Source: Guillardia theta CCMP2712 (lineage: Eukaryota > Protista > Cryptophyta). From it: DNA of 43,509 nucleotides. Position numbers and translations under genes: made by a program. A model generated the notes under the pieces. The model ran no database searches, was not told where the DNA came from, and saw only the letters and a program-made list of their open reading frames with translations. The DNA lies in the NCBI RefSeq assembly GCF_000315625.1, contig NW_005434556.1, positions 44,579 to 88,087 on the forward strand, in the 5' to 3' direction. Below, piece after piece: positions 22,834 through 33,659 of the stretch (the first letter of the stretch is position 1; every line of letters begins with the position of its first letter).

Positions 22834-25158
22834 GCCGTCTGGTGTGCGGTACCGGTGAGGGTCGGGCTGGGGTAGTGAGAGGGACGCGCAGGGGGTACAG
22901 AGGGGGGAGAAGGAGGGGTAGGGGCGGAGGGTACAGGTAGGGGGGGGGTAGGGGGGTAGGGGGATGGAGAAAAAGGCGGGAAGATGAAAGTTTGTGGGTT
23001 GGTAGGGGAGGGCTATCACAGCTATGACCTGATAGAGGTCTGCTACGAGGTGTCCTAGGACCCGGGGCCTGTCGGGCGGGCCCAACAACCCGAGAGAGGC
23101 AGTAGAGTCAAGGACAAGGTTGAGTGTGACCCGTCAGGGTAGGAGATGACGGACACACAGCACTCGCTCCTTCACCACCGGCACTCTCACTCTTGTATGA
23201 TCCCCTCGGTGCGAAACCCACGATACAGCCACACGCTCAGCTCAGGGCACGAGCTGCTGTCGGTATCGGTGAGGTGCAGATGCGTCGAGTCCGCGTATGG
23301 GTCGAGGACCGCGTTCCCAAGAAGCTCAAAGGGTCATGAGGACGCAACACAACAGCAGTGTGTTGTGACGATGGCGAGTGTGATCAAAGAGTGAGAGAGA
23401 GGCAGAGCAGGAGGTGTGTTTTATTTGAGAGAAGATGCCGAGATCGTCTCAGTGCCAATGAGTTGCAAATGACAAAGAAAGCGGGACTTTCAGATCAGGA
23501 TTGAGAGAAAGGGAAATGAGTCAGCGATAGTTTCCTGATGCTGGTCTGTGATGGAGAGAGGGTCGCCCAGTGGCAGAGCAGCGGCAATAGTCAACGCACC
23601 CGCAGAGAGCCAGAGCCAGAGAGAGCACACAGGACCCCCGTCCTTCTCCTGACCAAGTGCGGGGAAAGGACCCCTCATCAGTACTGCTCGTACGCCAACA
23701 TGGATTGGAGGAAAGCCAACTCTTCGTCGTCATCTCTCAACATGGTACCACCCCGTCTCACTGAGCTCCTTGGCCAGAGGAGCCTCGCGAGATAAGCTAG
23801 AGAGTTGCTACTCTATCAGCACTACTACCCCCGGGTGCTACCTCAGAGCTAAGAGTCTACAGCTGACTACCGGTGCTCTTGAGCTCGATTCACACTTGAC
23901 TCCAAAGGTCAGCTGGCGTGCTCACCGACCTTACTTGGCAGGAATCAGAGCCAACCGTCGTCACACCAGCATCTCGATCCATGGTGACAAGCAAGTCACA
24001 ACAGAGCGATACTCTAGCGTACTTGAAGGAGGGTCTATCCCCTCCCTACCCTCCTCCAGCCCCAGCCGCCAGGTGTGAGGGAGGGGGTTGACGGGAGGTC
24101 TAGGGGTAGGGAGGGAGATAGGGACGGGAGAGGAGAGCAGGCAAGACAAAGAGGCAGGGGGGAAGTCAAACGGCTCATGCTCGATGCCTCAATGCAACGG
24201 GGATAGGAGAACACACACAAGCGTTGAGGGAAGCACAAGGGAAACTCGTCGCAAGGCTCACCCGAGACGTGGCTCCCTTCATAGTCCCAGCATGCACATG
24301 ACCAGCACTTGCTCGCGTGCCTGGTGCTGGTGCCGGGTAGGTTGCTGGAGAGCGCAGACGGATGGCGGTACGGACATGGAGGACGTCGGCATGGCGCGGT
24401 GTGAGACAGACAGGCCTGCATGGGTCTGCTGGCATCCATCGACTTGCGTGTAGCAGCCGCACGAGCGTCCTCCTCCTCTTCGCGCGCGGGGGGCAAGAAG
24501 CGTGAGGCTGCTCGAAGGCTCCTTGCCTTGCGTGCAGGAGCTCGGTCGGTGGAGGGTCTTGATCGTGAGAGAAGCCCCACCCCTTGCATCCGGTGGACAT
24601 GATCTGTACCTCCACCATCAGACCTCGAGGAGGTGTGCGGTATGAGCCTTGACCCGAGGGCCGGAGCTGACTGCGGTGTAGGGATGACTCAACGCACGGC
24701 AGCTCTCCCTCGACCCATCCCCTTCCCGTGACACCTTGCTTGTGCTCCCTCCTGCCTCCTTCCGTCCAGCTCTCGTCTCCCTACCAGCCTCCTGCTGCGC
24801 CTTAGTCGAGTCTTTGCTCAGACCCTTGGCAGGTGATATGCAAGGGGCCGGCGGCGGCAGAGTCTTCGCGCTCTTCCCGGCTTGGACATGCTTGAGGCCG
24901 GGACGAGGGGGAGGTTTCAGAGAGGCAATCACCGGCTTGGGATCTGAGGCCCTTGCCCACGACGAGCTTCTCGCGACGACGTCTACAAGCCTTGTAGGCG
25001 GCAAGCCAAGCAGGCTGACGGCTGACGGCAGGCCCGGTCCGAAGCATAGCCAGACCGTCTCCCACCATCCCTGCTACTCGTGCGCTAGAGGCTGGGTGAG
25101 CATGGTGCAGATGTCTGTCTTTCGCGTGCTCTTCATGTACAAGCCCTGGTCTAGAGTC

Positions 25159-25716
25159 CTACCGACTCTCTCTACGGGACGGTCGGGACTGACGGGCCGG
25201 GGCCGGGCGTCCGATCGACCTACACTCGAAGCATTGCGATCGCTGCTGGGCGTGCTGGCAGAGCACTATCTCTCCTGCACTCCCGGCGAAGAGAGCGGCG
25301 AGGTCGGTGCCGGCAGAGAGCATCTGGGCGACGTCTGGCGGGGGCTGGGGGCCGAGGCAGGCGGGGGAGCTTGCAGCGGGAGACAGCCTGCAGTCCTTGC
25401 ATGAAGATCGCCTCCGGGCATGGATGCAGATGCTGGCTCCCCCGCACTCCTTGCACTGAGATCGCCTGCGCCCATGGGCACAGATGCTGGCTCCCCCGCA
25501 CTCCTTGCATCGAGATCGTATCCGCCCGTGCTCGCATGCCTTCCCGGATCCTGTCTGCTTTCTTCCCCCTCCCGGCTGGGCCTCGCCTGCTGCCAGCTTC
25601 ATCTCGTGGGCTCCTCCTGGCCCCGTGGAGCTCTCTGTCCTCGCTCGCTTGCTGCGAGGGCGGGAGGGGCTGGAGGAGCCTCGCGCCATGTCTCGCGTCA
25701 GGATCAGCGCAAACAT
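25159..25716 (-). CDS. Cys/His zinc-repeat protein, copy 5 (3 repeats, 185 aa; collapsed array)
   Basis: Open ORF; repeats at 25390-25536. Confidence 0.8.
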   Translation of the reverse strand: MFALILTRDMARGSSSPSRPRSKRARTESSTGPGGAHEMKLAAGEAQPGGGRKQTGSGKACEHGRIRSRCKECGGASICAHGRRRSQCKECGGASICIHARRRSSCKDCRLSPAASSPACLGPQPPPDVAQMLSAGTDLAALFAGSAGEIVLCQHAQQRSQCFECRSIGRPAPARQSRPSRRESR

Positions 25717-28310
25717 GCCGTCTGGTGTGCGGTACCGGTGAGGGTCGGGCTGGGGTAGTGAGAGGGACGCGCAGGGGGTACAGAGAGGGCAGAAGGAGGG
25801 GTAGGGGTGGAGGGTACCGGGTTAGGGGAGGGGTAGGGGGGTAGGGGGATGGAGAAAAAGGCGGGAAGATGAAAGTTTGTGGGTTGGTAGGGGAGGGTAT
25901 CACAGCTATGACCTGATAGAGGTCTGCTACGAGGTGTCCTAGGACCCGGGGCCTGTCGGGCGGGCCCAACAACCCGAGAGAGGCAGTAGAGTCAAGGACA
26001 AGGTTGAGTGTGACCCGTCAGGGTAGGAGATGACGGACACACAGCACTCGCTCCTTCACCACCGGCACTCTCACTCTTGTATGATCCCCTCGGTGCGAAA
26101 CCCACGATACAGCCACACGCTCAGCTCAGGGCACGAGCTGCTGTCGGTATCGGTGAGGTCCAGATGCGTCGAGTCCGCGTGTGGGTCGAGGACCGCGTTC
26201 CCAAGAAGCTCAAAGGGTCATGAGTAGGCAACACAACAGCAGTGTGTTGTGACGAGGGCGATTGTGATCAAAGAGTCAGAGAGAGGCAGAGCAGGAGGTG
26301 TGTTTTATTTGAGAGAAGATGCCGAGATCGTCTCAGTGCCAATGAGTTGCAAATGACAAAGAAAGCGGGACTTTCAGATCAGGATTGAGAGAAAGGGAAA
26401 TGAGTCAGCGATAGTTTCCTGATGCTGGTCTGTGATGGAGAGAGGGTCGCCCAGTGGCAGAGCAGCGGCAATAGTCAACGCACCCGCAGAGAGCCAGAGC
26501 CAGAGAGAGCACACAGGACCCCCGTCCTTCTCCTGACCAAGTGCGGGGAAAGGACCCCTCATCAGTACTGCTCGTACGCCAACATGGATTGGAGGAAAGC
26601 CAACTCTTCGTCGTCATCTCTCAACATGGTACCACCCCGTCTCACTGAGCTCCTTGGCCAGAGGAGCCTCGCGAGATAAGCTAGAGAGTTGCTACTCTAT
26701 CAGCACTACTACCCCCGGGTGCTACCTCAGAGCTAAGAGTCTACAGCTGACTACCGGTGCTCTTGAGCTCGATTCACACTTGACTCCAAAGGTCAGCTGG
26801 CGTGCTCACCGACCTTACTTGGCAGGAATCAGAGCCAACCGTCGTCACACCAGCATCTCGATCCATGGTGACAAGCAAGTCACAACAGAGCGATACTCTA
26901 GCGTACTTGAAGGAGGGTCTATCCCCTCCCTACCCTCCTCCAGCCCCAGCCGCCAGGTGTGAGGGAGGGGGTTGACGGGAGGTCTAGGGGTAGGGAGGGA
27001 GATAGGGACGGGAGAGGAGAGCAGGCAAGACAAAGAGGCAGGGGGGAAGTCAAACGGCTCATGCTCGATGCCTCAACGCAACGGGGATAGGAGAACACAC
27101 ACAAGCGTTGAGGGAAGCACAAGGGAAACTCGTCGCAAGGCTCATCCGAGACGTGGCTCCCTTCATAGTCCAGCTCCCCAAGCGACAGAGGCCCTCGGGT
27201 CTTGCCCCTTCCATCCCCTCACTCCATTCTTACACCTCACATGCCTTGCTCTCCTTCCTTCCTCCGCGGCAAGAGCTAAGCACACCCCTGCATTCCCCTG
27301 CTGCAGACCAGGTAGGGTCTGTGCCCCGGTGCGACCCAAGGAGACGACGAGGCAGTCCTTGAGGTGCTTCAGAGGGTCCTTGCGAGGCTTGAGACCCGGT
27401 TGTTCTCCTGCTTGCTACCACCCCCCTCGCCTCCACAAGCCCCGTCACACCCCTGCTTCCACCCCGAAGGAGGCCGCAGGGTCCTCAGCCGGCAGGGGTG
27501 TTCCGTGTAGGGAACACCGGTAGGGCCGTTGGCCGGGGCCTGACAGCAGGGCCCCGTCAGGGTCCCTCCCCACAGACGGGTACCGCAATGGAGGCCGGCA
27601 AGGGGGGGAGAGATAGGTAGGGTAGGGAAGTGAAGTAGACGTCATCGAGCTGCGTTGACTAGATCACTACCAGCATGCGCTCGACTCTCCTGCTCGCTAG
27701 CACATGACCAGCACTTGCCCGCGTACCTGGTGCTGGTGCTGGTGCCGGGTAGGTTGCGGGAGATCGTAGCCTTGACCCGAGGGCCGGAGCTGACCGCGGT
27801 GTAGGGATGACTCAACGCATGGCAGCTCTCGCTCGACCCATTCCCTTCCCGTGACACCTTGCTTGTGCTCCCTCCTGCCTCCTTCCGTCCAGCTCTCGTC
27901 TCCCTACCAGCCTCCTGCTGCGCCTTAGTCGAGCCTTTGCTCAGACCCTTGGCAGGTGATATGCAAGGGGCCGGCGGCGGCAGAGTCTTCGCGCTCTTCC
28001 CGCCTTGGACATGCTTGAGGCCGGGACGAGGGGGAGGTTTGTTTCAGAGAGGCAGACTCCGGCTTGGGATCTGAGGCCCTTGCCCACGACGAGCTTCTCG
28101 CGACGACGTCTACAAGCCTTGTAGGCGGCAAGCAAGCGCCACTTCTCCTAGCAGACTGACGACTGACGGCAGGCCCGGTCAAGCAGAGCCAGACCGTCTC
28201 CCACCATCCCTGCTACTCGTGCGCTAGAGGCCGGGTGAGCATGGTGCAGATGTCTGTCTTTCGCGTGCTCTTCATGTACAAGCCCTGGTCTAGAGTCCTA
28301 CCGACTCTCT

Positions 28311-29432
28311 CTACGGGACGGTCGGGAGGCGTCCGATCGACCTACACTCGAAGCATTGCGATCGCTGCTGGGCGTGCTGGCAGAGCACTATCTCTCCTGC
28401 ACTCCCGGCGAAGAGAGCGGCGAGGTCGGTGCCGGCAGAGAGCATGTGGGCGACGTCTGGCGGGGGCTGGGGGCCGAGGCAGGCGGGGGGGCTTGCAGCG
28501 GGAGGCAGCCTGCAGTCCTTGCATGTAGATCGCCTCCGGGCATGGGTACAGATGCTGGCTCCCCCGCACTCCTTGCATCGAGATCGCTGGCGCCCATGGG
28601 TACAGATGCTGGCTCCCCCGCACTCCTTGCACTTAGCTCGCTCCCGTCCATGGGCACAGATGCTGGCTCCCCCGCACTCCTTGCACTGGGATCGTATCCG
28701 CCCATGGGCACAGATGCTGGCTCCCCCGCACTCCTTGCACTTATCTCGCTGGCGCTGATGGGTACAGATGCTGGCTCCCCCGCACTCCTTGCACTGAGAT
28801 CGCCTCCGCGCATGGATGCAGATGCTGGATCCCCCGCACTCCTTGCATGTAGATCGCCTGCGCCCATGGGCACAGATGCTGGCTCCCCCGCACTCCTTGC
28901 ATCGAGATCGCTTGCGCTGATGGATGCAGATGCTGGCTCCCCCGCACTCCTTGCACTTAGCTCGCTGGCGCTCATGGGTACAGATGCTGGCTCCCCCGCA
29001 CTCCTTGCACTGAGATCGCCTCCGCCCATGGATGCAGATGCTGGCTCCCCCGCAATCCTTGCACTGAGATCGCCTGCGCCCATGGGTACAGATGCTGGCT
29101 CCCCCGCACTCCTTGCAGAAAGATCGCTCCCGCCCATGGGTACAGATGCTGGCTCCCCCGCACTCCTTGCACTTAGCTCGCTGGCGCTGATGGGCACAGA
29201 TGCTGGCTCCCCCGCACTCCTTGCACTGAGATCGCTCCCGCCCGTGCTCGCATGCCTTCCCGGATCCTGACTGCTTTCTTCCCCCTCCCGGCTGGGCCTC
29301 GCCTGCTGCCAGCTTCGTCTCGTGGGCTCCTCCTGGCCCCGCGGAGCTCTCTGTCCTCGCTCGCTTGCTGCGAGGGCGGGAGGGGCTGGAGGAGCCTCGC
29401 GCCATGTCTCGTGTCAAGATCAGCGCAAACAT
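28311..29432 (-). CDS. Cys/His zinc-repeat protein, copy 6 (14 repeats, 373 aa, short C-terminus)
   Basis: Open ORF; repeats at 28512-29252. Confidence 0.85.
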   Translation of the reverse strand: MFALILTRDMARGSSSPSRPRSKRARTESSAGPGGAHETKLAAGEAQPGGGRKQSGSGKACEHGRERSQCKECGGASICAHQRQRAKCKECGGASICTHGRERSFCKECGGASICTHGRRRSQCKDCGGASICIHGRRRSQCKECGGASICTHERQRAKCKECGGASICIHQRKRSRCKECGGASICAHGRRRSTCKECGGSSICIHARRRSQCKECGGASICTHQRQRDKCKECGGASICAHGRIRSQCKECGGASICAHGRERAKCKECGGASICTHGRQRSRCKECGGASICTHARRRSTCKDCRLPPAASPPACLGPQPPPDVAHMLSAGTDLAALFAGSAGEIVLCQHAQQRSQCFECRSIGRLPTVP

Positions 29433-32307
29433 GCCGTCTGGTGTGCGGTACCGGTGAGGGTCGGGCTGGGGTAGTGAGAGGGACGCGCAGGGGGTACAGA
29501 GAGGGCAGAAGGAGGGGTAGGGGCGGAGTGTACCGTGGGGAGGGGTAGGGGGGGGGTGGAGAAAAAGGCGGGAAGATGAAAGTTTGTGGGTTGGTAGGGG
29601 AGGGCTATCACAGCTATGACCTGATAGAGGTCTGCTACGAGCTGTCCTAGGACCCGGGGCCTGTCGGGCGGGCCCAACAACCCGAGAGAGGCAGTAGAGT
29701 CAAGGACAAGGTTGAGTGTGACCCGTCAGGGTAGGAGATGACGGACACACAGCACTCGCTCCTTCACCACCGGCACTCTCACTCTTGTATGATCCCCTCG
29801 GTGCGAAACCCACGATACAGCCACACGCTCAGCTCAGGGCACGAGCTGCTGTCGGTATCGGTGAGGTGCAGATGCGTCGAGTCCGCGTGTGGGTCGAGGA
29901 CCGCGTTCCCAAGAAGCTCAAAGGGTCATGAGGACGCAACACAACAGCAGTGTGTTGTGACGATGGCGAGTGTGATCAAAGAGTGAGAGAGAGGCAGAGC
30001 AGGAGGTGTGTTTTATTTGAGAGAAGATGCCGAGATCGTCTCAGTGCCAATGAGTTGCAAATGACAAAGAAAGCGGGACTTTCAGATCAGGATTGAGAGA
30101 AAGGGAAATGAGTCAGCGATAGTTTCCTGATGCTGGTCTGTGATGGAGAGAGGGTCGCCCAGTGGCAGAGCAGCGGCAATAGTCAACGCACCCGCAGAGA
30201 GCCAGAGCCAGAGAGAGCACACAGGACCCCCGTCCTTCTCCTGACCAAGTGCGGGGAAAGGACCCCTCATCAGTACTGCTCGTACGCCAACATGGATTGG
30301 AGGAAAGCCAACTCTTCGTCGTCATCTCTCAACATGGTACCACCCCGTCTCACTGAGCTCCTTGGCCAGAGGAGCCTCGCGAGATAAGCTAGAGAGTTGC
30401 TACTCTATCAGCACTACTACCCCCGGGTGCTACCTCAGAGCTAAGAGTCTACAGCTGACTACCGGTGCTCTTGAGCTCGATTCACACTTGACTCCAAAGG
30501 TCAGCTGGCGTGCTCACCGACCTTACTTGGCAGGAATCAGAGCCAACCGTCGTCACACCAGCATCTCGATCCATGGTGACAAGCAAGTCACAACAGAGCG
30601 ATACTCTAGCGTACTTGAAGGAGGGTCTATCCCCTCCCTACCCTCCTCCAGCCCCAGCCGCCAGGTGTGAGGGAGGGGGTTGACGGGAGGTCTAGGGGTA
30701 GGGAGGGAGATAGGGACGGGAGAGGAGAGCAGGCAAGACAAAGAGGCAGGGGGGAAGTCAAACGGCTCATGCTCGATGCCTCAACGCAACGGGGATAGGA
30801 GAACACACACAAGCGTTGAGGGAAGCACAAGGGAAACTCGTCGCAAGGCTCACCCGAGACGTGGCTCCCTTCATAGTCCAGCTCCCCAAGCGACAGAGGC
30901 CCTCGGGTCTTGCCCCTTCCATCCCCTCACTCCATTCTTACACCTCACATGCCTTGCTCTCCTTCCTTCCTCCGCGGCAAGAGCTAAGCACACCCCTGCA
31001 TTCCCCTGCTGCAGACCAGGTAGGGTCTGTGCCCCGGTGCGACCCAAGGAGACGACGAGGCAGTCCTTGAGGTGCTTCAGAGGGTCCTTGCGAGGCTTGA
31101 GACCCGGTTGTTCTCCTGCTTGCTACCACCCCCCTCGCCTCCACAAGCCCCGTCACACCCCTGCTTCCACCCCGAAGGAGGCCGCAGGGTCCTCAGCCGG
31201 CAGGGGTGTTCCGTGTAGGGAACACCGGTAGGGCCGTTGGCCGGGGCCTGACAGCAGGGCCCCGTCAGGGTCCCTCCCCACAGACGGGTACCGCAATGGA
31301 GGCCGGCAAGGGGGGGGGAGATAGGTAGGGTAGGGAAGTGAAGTAGACGTCATCGAGCTGCGTTGACTAGATCACTACCAGCATGCGCTCGTCTCTCCTG
31401 CTCGCTAGCACATGACCAGCACTTGCTCGCGTGCCTGGTGCTGGTGCCGGGTAGATTGCGGGAGATCGTAGACGGATGGCGGTACGGACATGGAGGACGT
31501 CGGCATGGCGCGGTGTGAGACAGGCAGGCCTGCATGGGTCTGCTGGAATCGATCGACTGCGTGGAGCAGCCGCACGAGCGTCCTCCTCCTCTACGCGCGC
31601 AGGGGGCAAGAAGCGTGAGGCTGCTCGAAGGCTCCTTGCCTTGCGTGCAGGAGCTCCGTCGGTGGAGGGTCTTGATCGTGAGAGAAGCCCCACCCCTTGC
31701 GTCCGGTGGACATGATCTGTACCTCCACCATCAGACCTCGAGGAGGTGTGCGGTATGAGCCTTGGCGTAGGGATAGCTCCTCGACTAGTGTCCATGCCGG
31801 AGCTGACTGCGGTGTAGGGATGACTCAACGCACGGCAGCTCTCGCTCGACCCATCCCCTTCCCGTGACACCTTGCTTGTGCTCCCTCCTGCCTCCTTCCG
31901 TCCAGCTCTCGTCTCCCTACCAGCCTCCTGCTGCGCCTTAGTCGAGTCTTTGCTCAGACCCTTGGCAGGTGATATGCAAGGGGCCGGCGGCGGCAGAGTC
32001 TTCGCGCTCTTCCCGGCTTGGACATGCTTGAGGCTGGGACGAGGGGGAGGTTTGTTTCAGAGAGGCAGACTCCGGCTTGGGATCTGAGGCCCTTGCCCAC
32101 GACGAGCTTCTCGCGACGACATCTACAAGCCTTGTAGGCGGCAAGCAAGCGCCACTCCTAGCAGACTGACGGCTGACGACAGGCCCGGTCAAGCAGAGCC
32201 AGACCGTCTCCCACTATCCCTGCTACTCGTGCGCTAGAGGCCGGGTGAGCATGGTGCAGATGTCTGTCTTTCGCGTGCTCTTCATGTACAAGCCCTGGTC
32301 TAGAGTC

Positions 32308-33189
32308 CTACCGACTCTCTCTACGGGACGGTCGGGACTGACGAGCCGGGGCCGGGCGTCCGATCGACCTACACTCGAAGCATTGCGATCGCTGCTGGGC
32401 GTGCTGGCAGAGCACTATCTCTCCTGCACTCCCGGCGAAGAGAGCGGCGAGGTCGGTGCCGGCAGAGAGCATGTGGGCGACGTCTGGCGGGGGCTGGGGG
32501 CCGAGGCAGGCGGGGGAGATTGCAGCGGGAGACAGCCTGCAGTCCTTGCATGTAGATCGCCTCCGCCCATGGATGCAGATGCTGGCTCCCCCGCACTCCT
32601 TGCACTGGGATCGCCTCCGCCCATGGATGCAGATGCTGGCTCCCCCGCACTCCTTGCATGTAGATCGCTCCCGCCCATGGGCACAGATGCTGGCTCCCCC
32701 GCACTCCTTGCACTGAGATCGTCTCCGCCCATGGGTACAGATGCTGGCTCCCCCGCACTCCTTGCATGTAGATCGTATCCGCCCATGGGCACAGATGCTG
32801 GCTCCCCCGCACTCCTTGCACTTAGCTCGCTCCCGCCCATGGGTACAGATGCTGGCTCCCCCGCACTCCTTGCACTTAGCTCGCTCCCGCCCATGGGTAC
32901 AGATGCTGGCTCCCCCGCACTCCTTGCATCGAGATCGCTTGCGCTGATGGATGCAGATGCTGGCTCCCCCGCACTCCTTGCACTGAGATCGCTCCCGCCC
33001 GTGCTCGCATGCCTTCCCGGATCCTGACTGCTTTCTTCCCCCTCCCGGCTGGGCCTCGCCTGCAGCCAGCTTCGTCTCGTGGGCTCCTCCTGGCCCCGCG
33101 GAGCTCTCTGTCCTCGCTCGCTTGCTGCGAGGGCGGGAGGGGCTGGAGGAGCCTCGCGCCATGTCTCGCGTCAGGATCAGCGCAAACAT
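32308..33189 (-). CDS. Cys/His zinc-repeat protein, copy 7 (9 repeats, 293 aa)
   Basis: ATG at 33189; repeats at 32539-33009. Confidence 0.85.
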   Translation of the reverse strand: MFALILTRDMARGSSSPSRPRSKRARTESSAGPGGAHETKLAAGEAQPGGGRKQSGSGKACEHGRERSQCKECGGASICIHQRKRSRCKECGGASICTHGRERAKCKECGGASICTHGRERAKCKECGGASICAHGRIRSTCKECGGASICTHGRRRSQCKECGGASICAHGRERSTCKECGGASICIHGRRRSQCKECGGASICIHGRRRSTCKDCRLSPAAISPACLGPQPPPDVAHMLSAGTDLAALFAGSAGEIVLCQHAQQRSQCFECRSIGRPAPARQSRPSRRESR

Positions 33190-33439
33190 GCCGTCTGGTG
33201 TGCGGTACCGGTGAGGGTCGGGCTGGGGTAGTGAGAGGGACGCGCAGGGGGTACAGAGGGGGAAGAAGGAGGGGTAGAGGGTACGGGTGTGAGGGGGTAG
33301 CGAGGTATACCGGGGTAGGGGCGGAGGGTACCGGTGGGTGTGTGTGGAGAAAAAGGCGGGAAGATGAAAGTTTGTGGGTTGGTAGGGGAGGGTATCACAG
33401 CTATGACCTGATCGAGGTCTGCTACGAGGTGTCCTAGGA

Positions 33440-33475
33440 CCCGGGTCAAAAAACTTTATTATAAACTTGACCCGG
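33440..33475. other. Inverted repeat/hairpin at the right array boundary
   Basis: ccgggtcaa-aaaac-tttattataaa-c-ttgacccgg: a 9-bp perfect outer stem with an inner AT palindrome. It abuts the 10-bp palindrome gtcctaggac. Confidence 0.75.
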
Positions 33476-33659
33476 CGGGCCGGGACTCTCAACAAAATAT
33501 GGCCCGCGATCTGAGTCATCAGTTTACTATAAAAGCCCTAGGAATTGCTAGGAAGGTCCTAGCCTGTACACTTATTGGTCGTAGAGAGGATGCACTAGTG
33601 GTTCTAGGAAGGTCTTATCGCCTGTAGGGTTGCTATATCCAGCTGTAGGAGGGAACAAC

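Larger units (their letters stand above)
10074..33445. repeat. Tandem macro-array: 6 full units (~3.59, 4.03, 3.78, 3.26, 3.12, 4.01 kb) plus a partial 7th
   Basis: Equivalent positions lie at ~10073, 13665, 17695, 21477, 24736, 27859 and 31872. Near-identical sequence and ORFs recur in each unit. Homology ends after gtcctaggacccggg at ~33445. Confidence 0.97.

Noticed and set aside
10742-33009. CRISPR-like pattern (29-nt constant plus 25-nt variable)
   Set aside because: The 'spacers' are homologous to each other and keep a protein reading frame. The context is eukaryotic and there are no cas genes.
10448-33027. Long plus-strand ORFs (MGTDAGSPALLAL...) and alternative minus frames (SARSAGEPASVP...)
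   Set aside because: These are shadow frames of a stop-poor 54-bp repeat. Their ends differ between copies, while the Cys/His frame is preserved in all seven.
10074-33445. Firm call as an LTR retrotransposon, Helitron or provirus
   Set aside because: No gag/pol, Rep/helicase, transposase or capsid ORF was found. There are no TG..CA ends, TIRs or TSD. CTAG is followed by GAC rather than TC.
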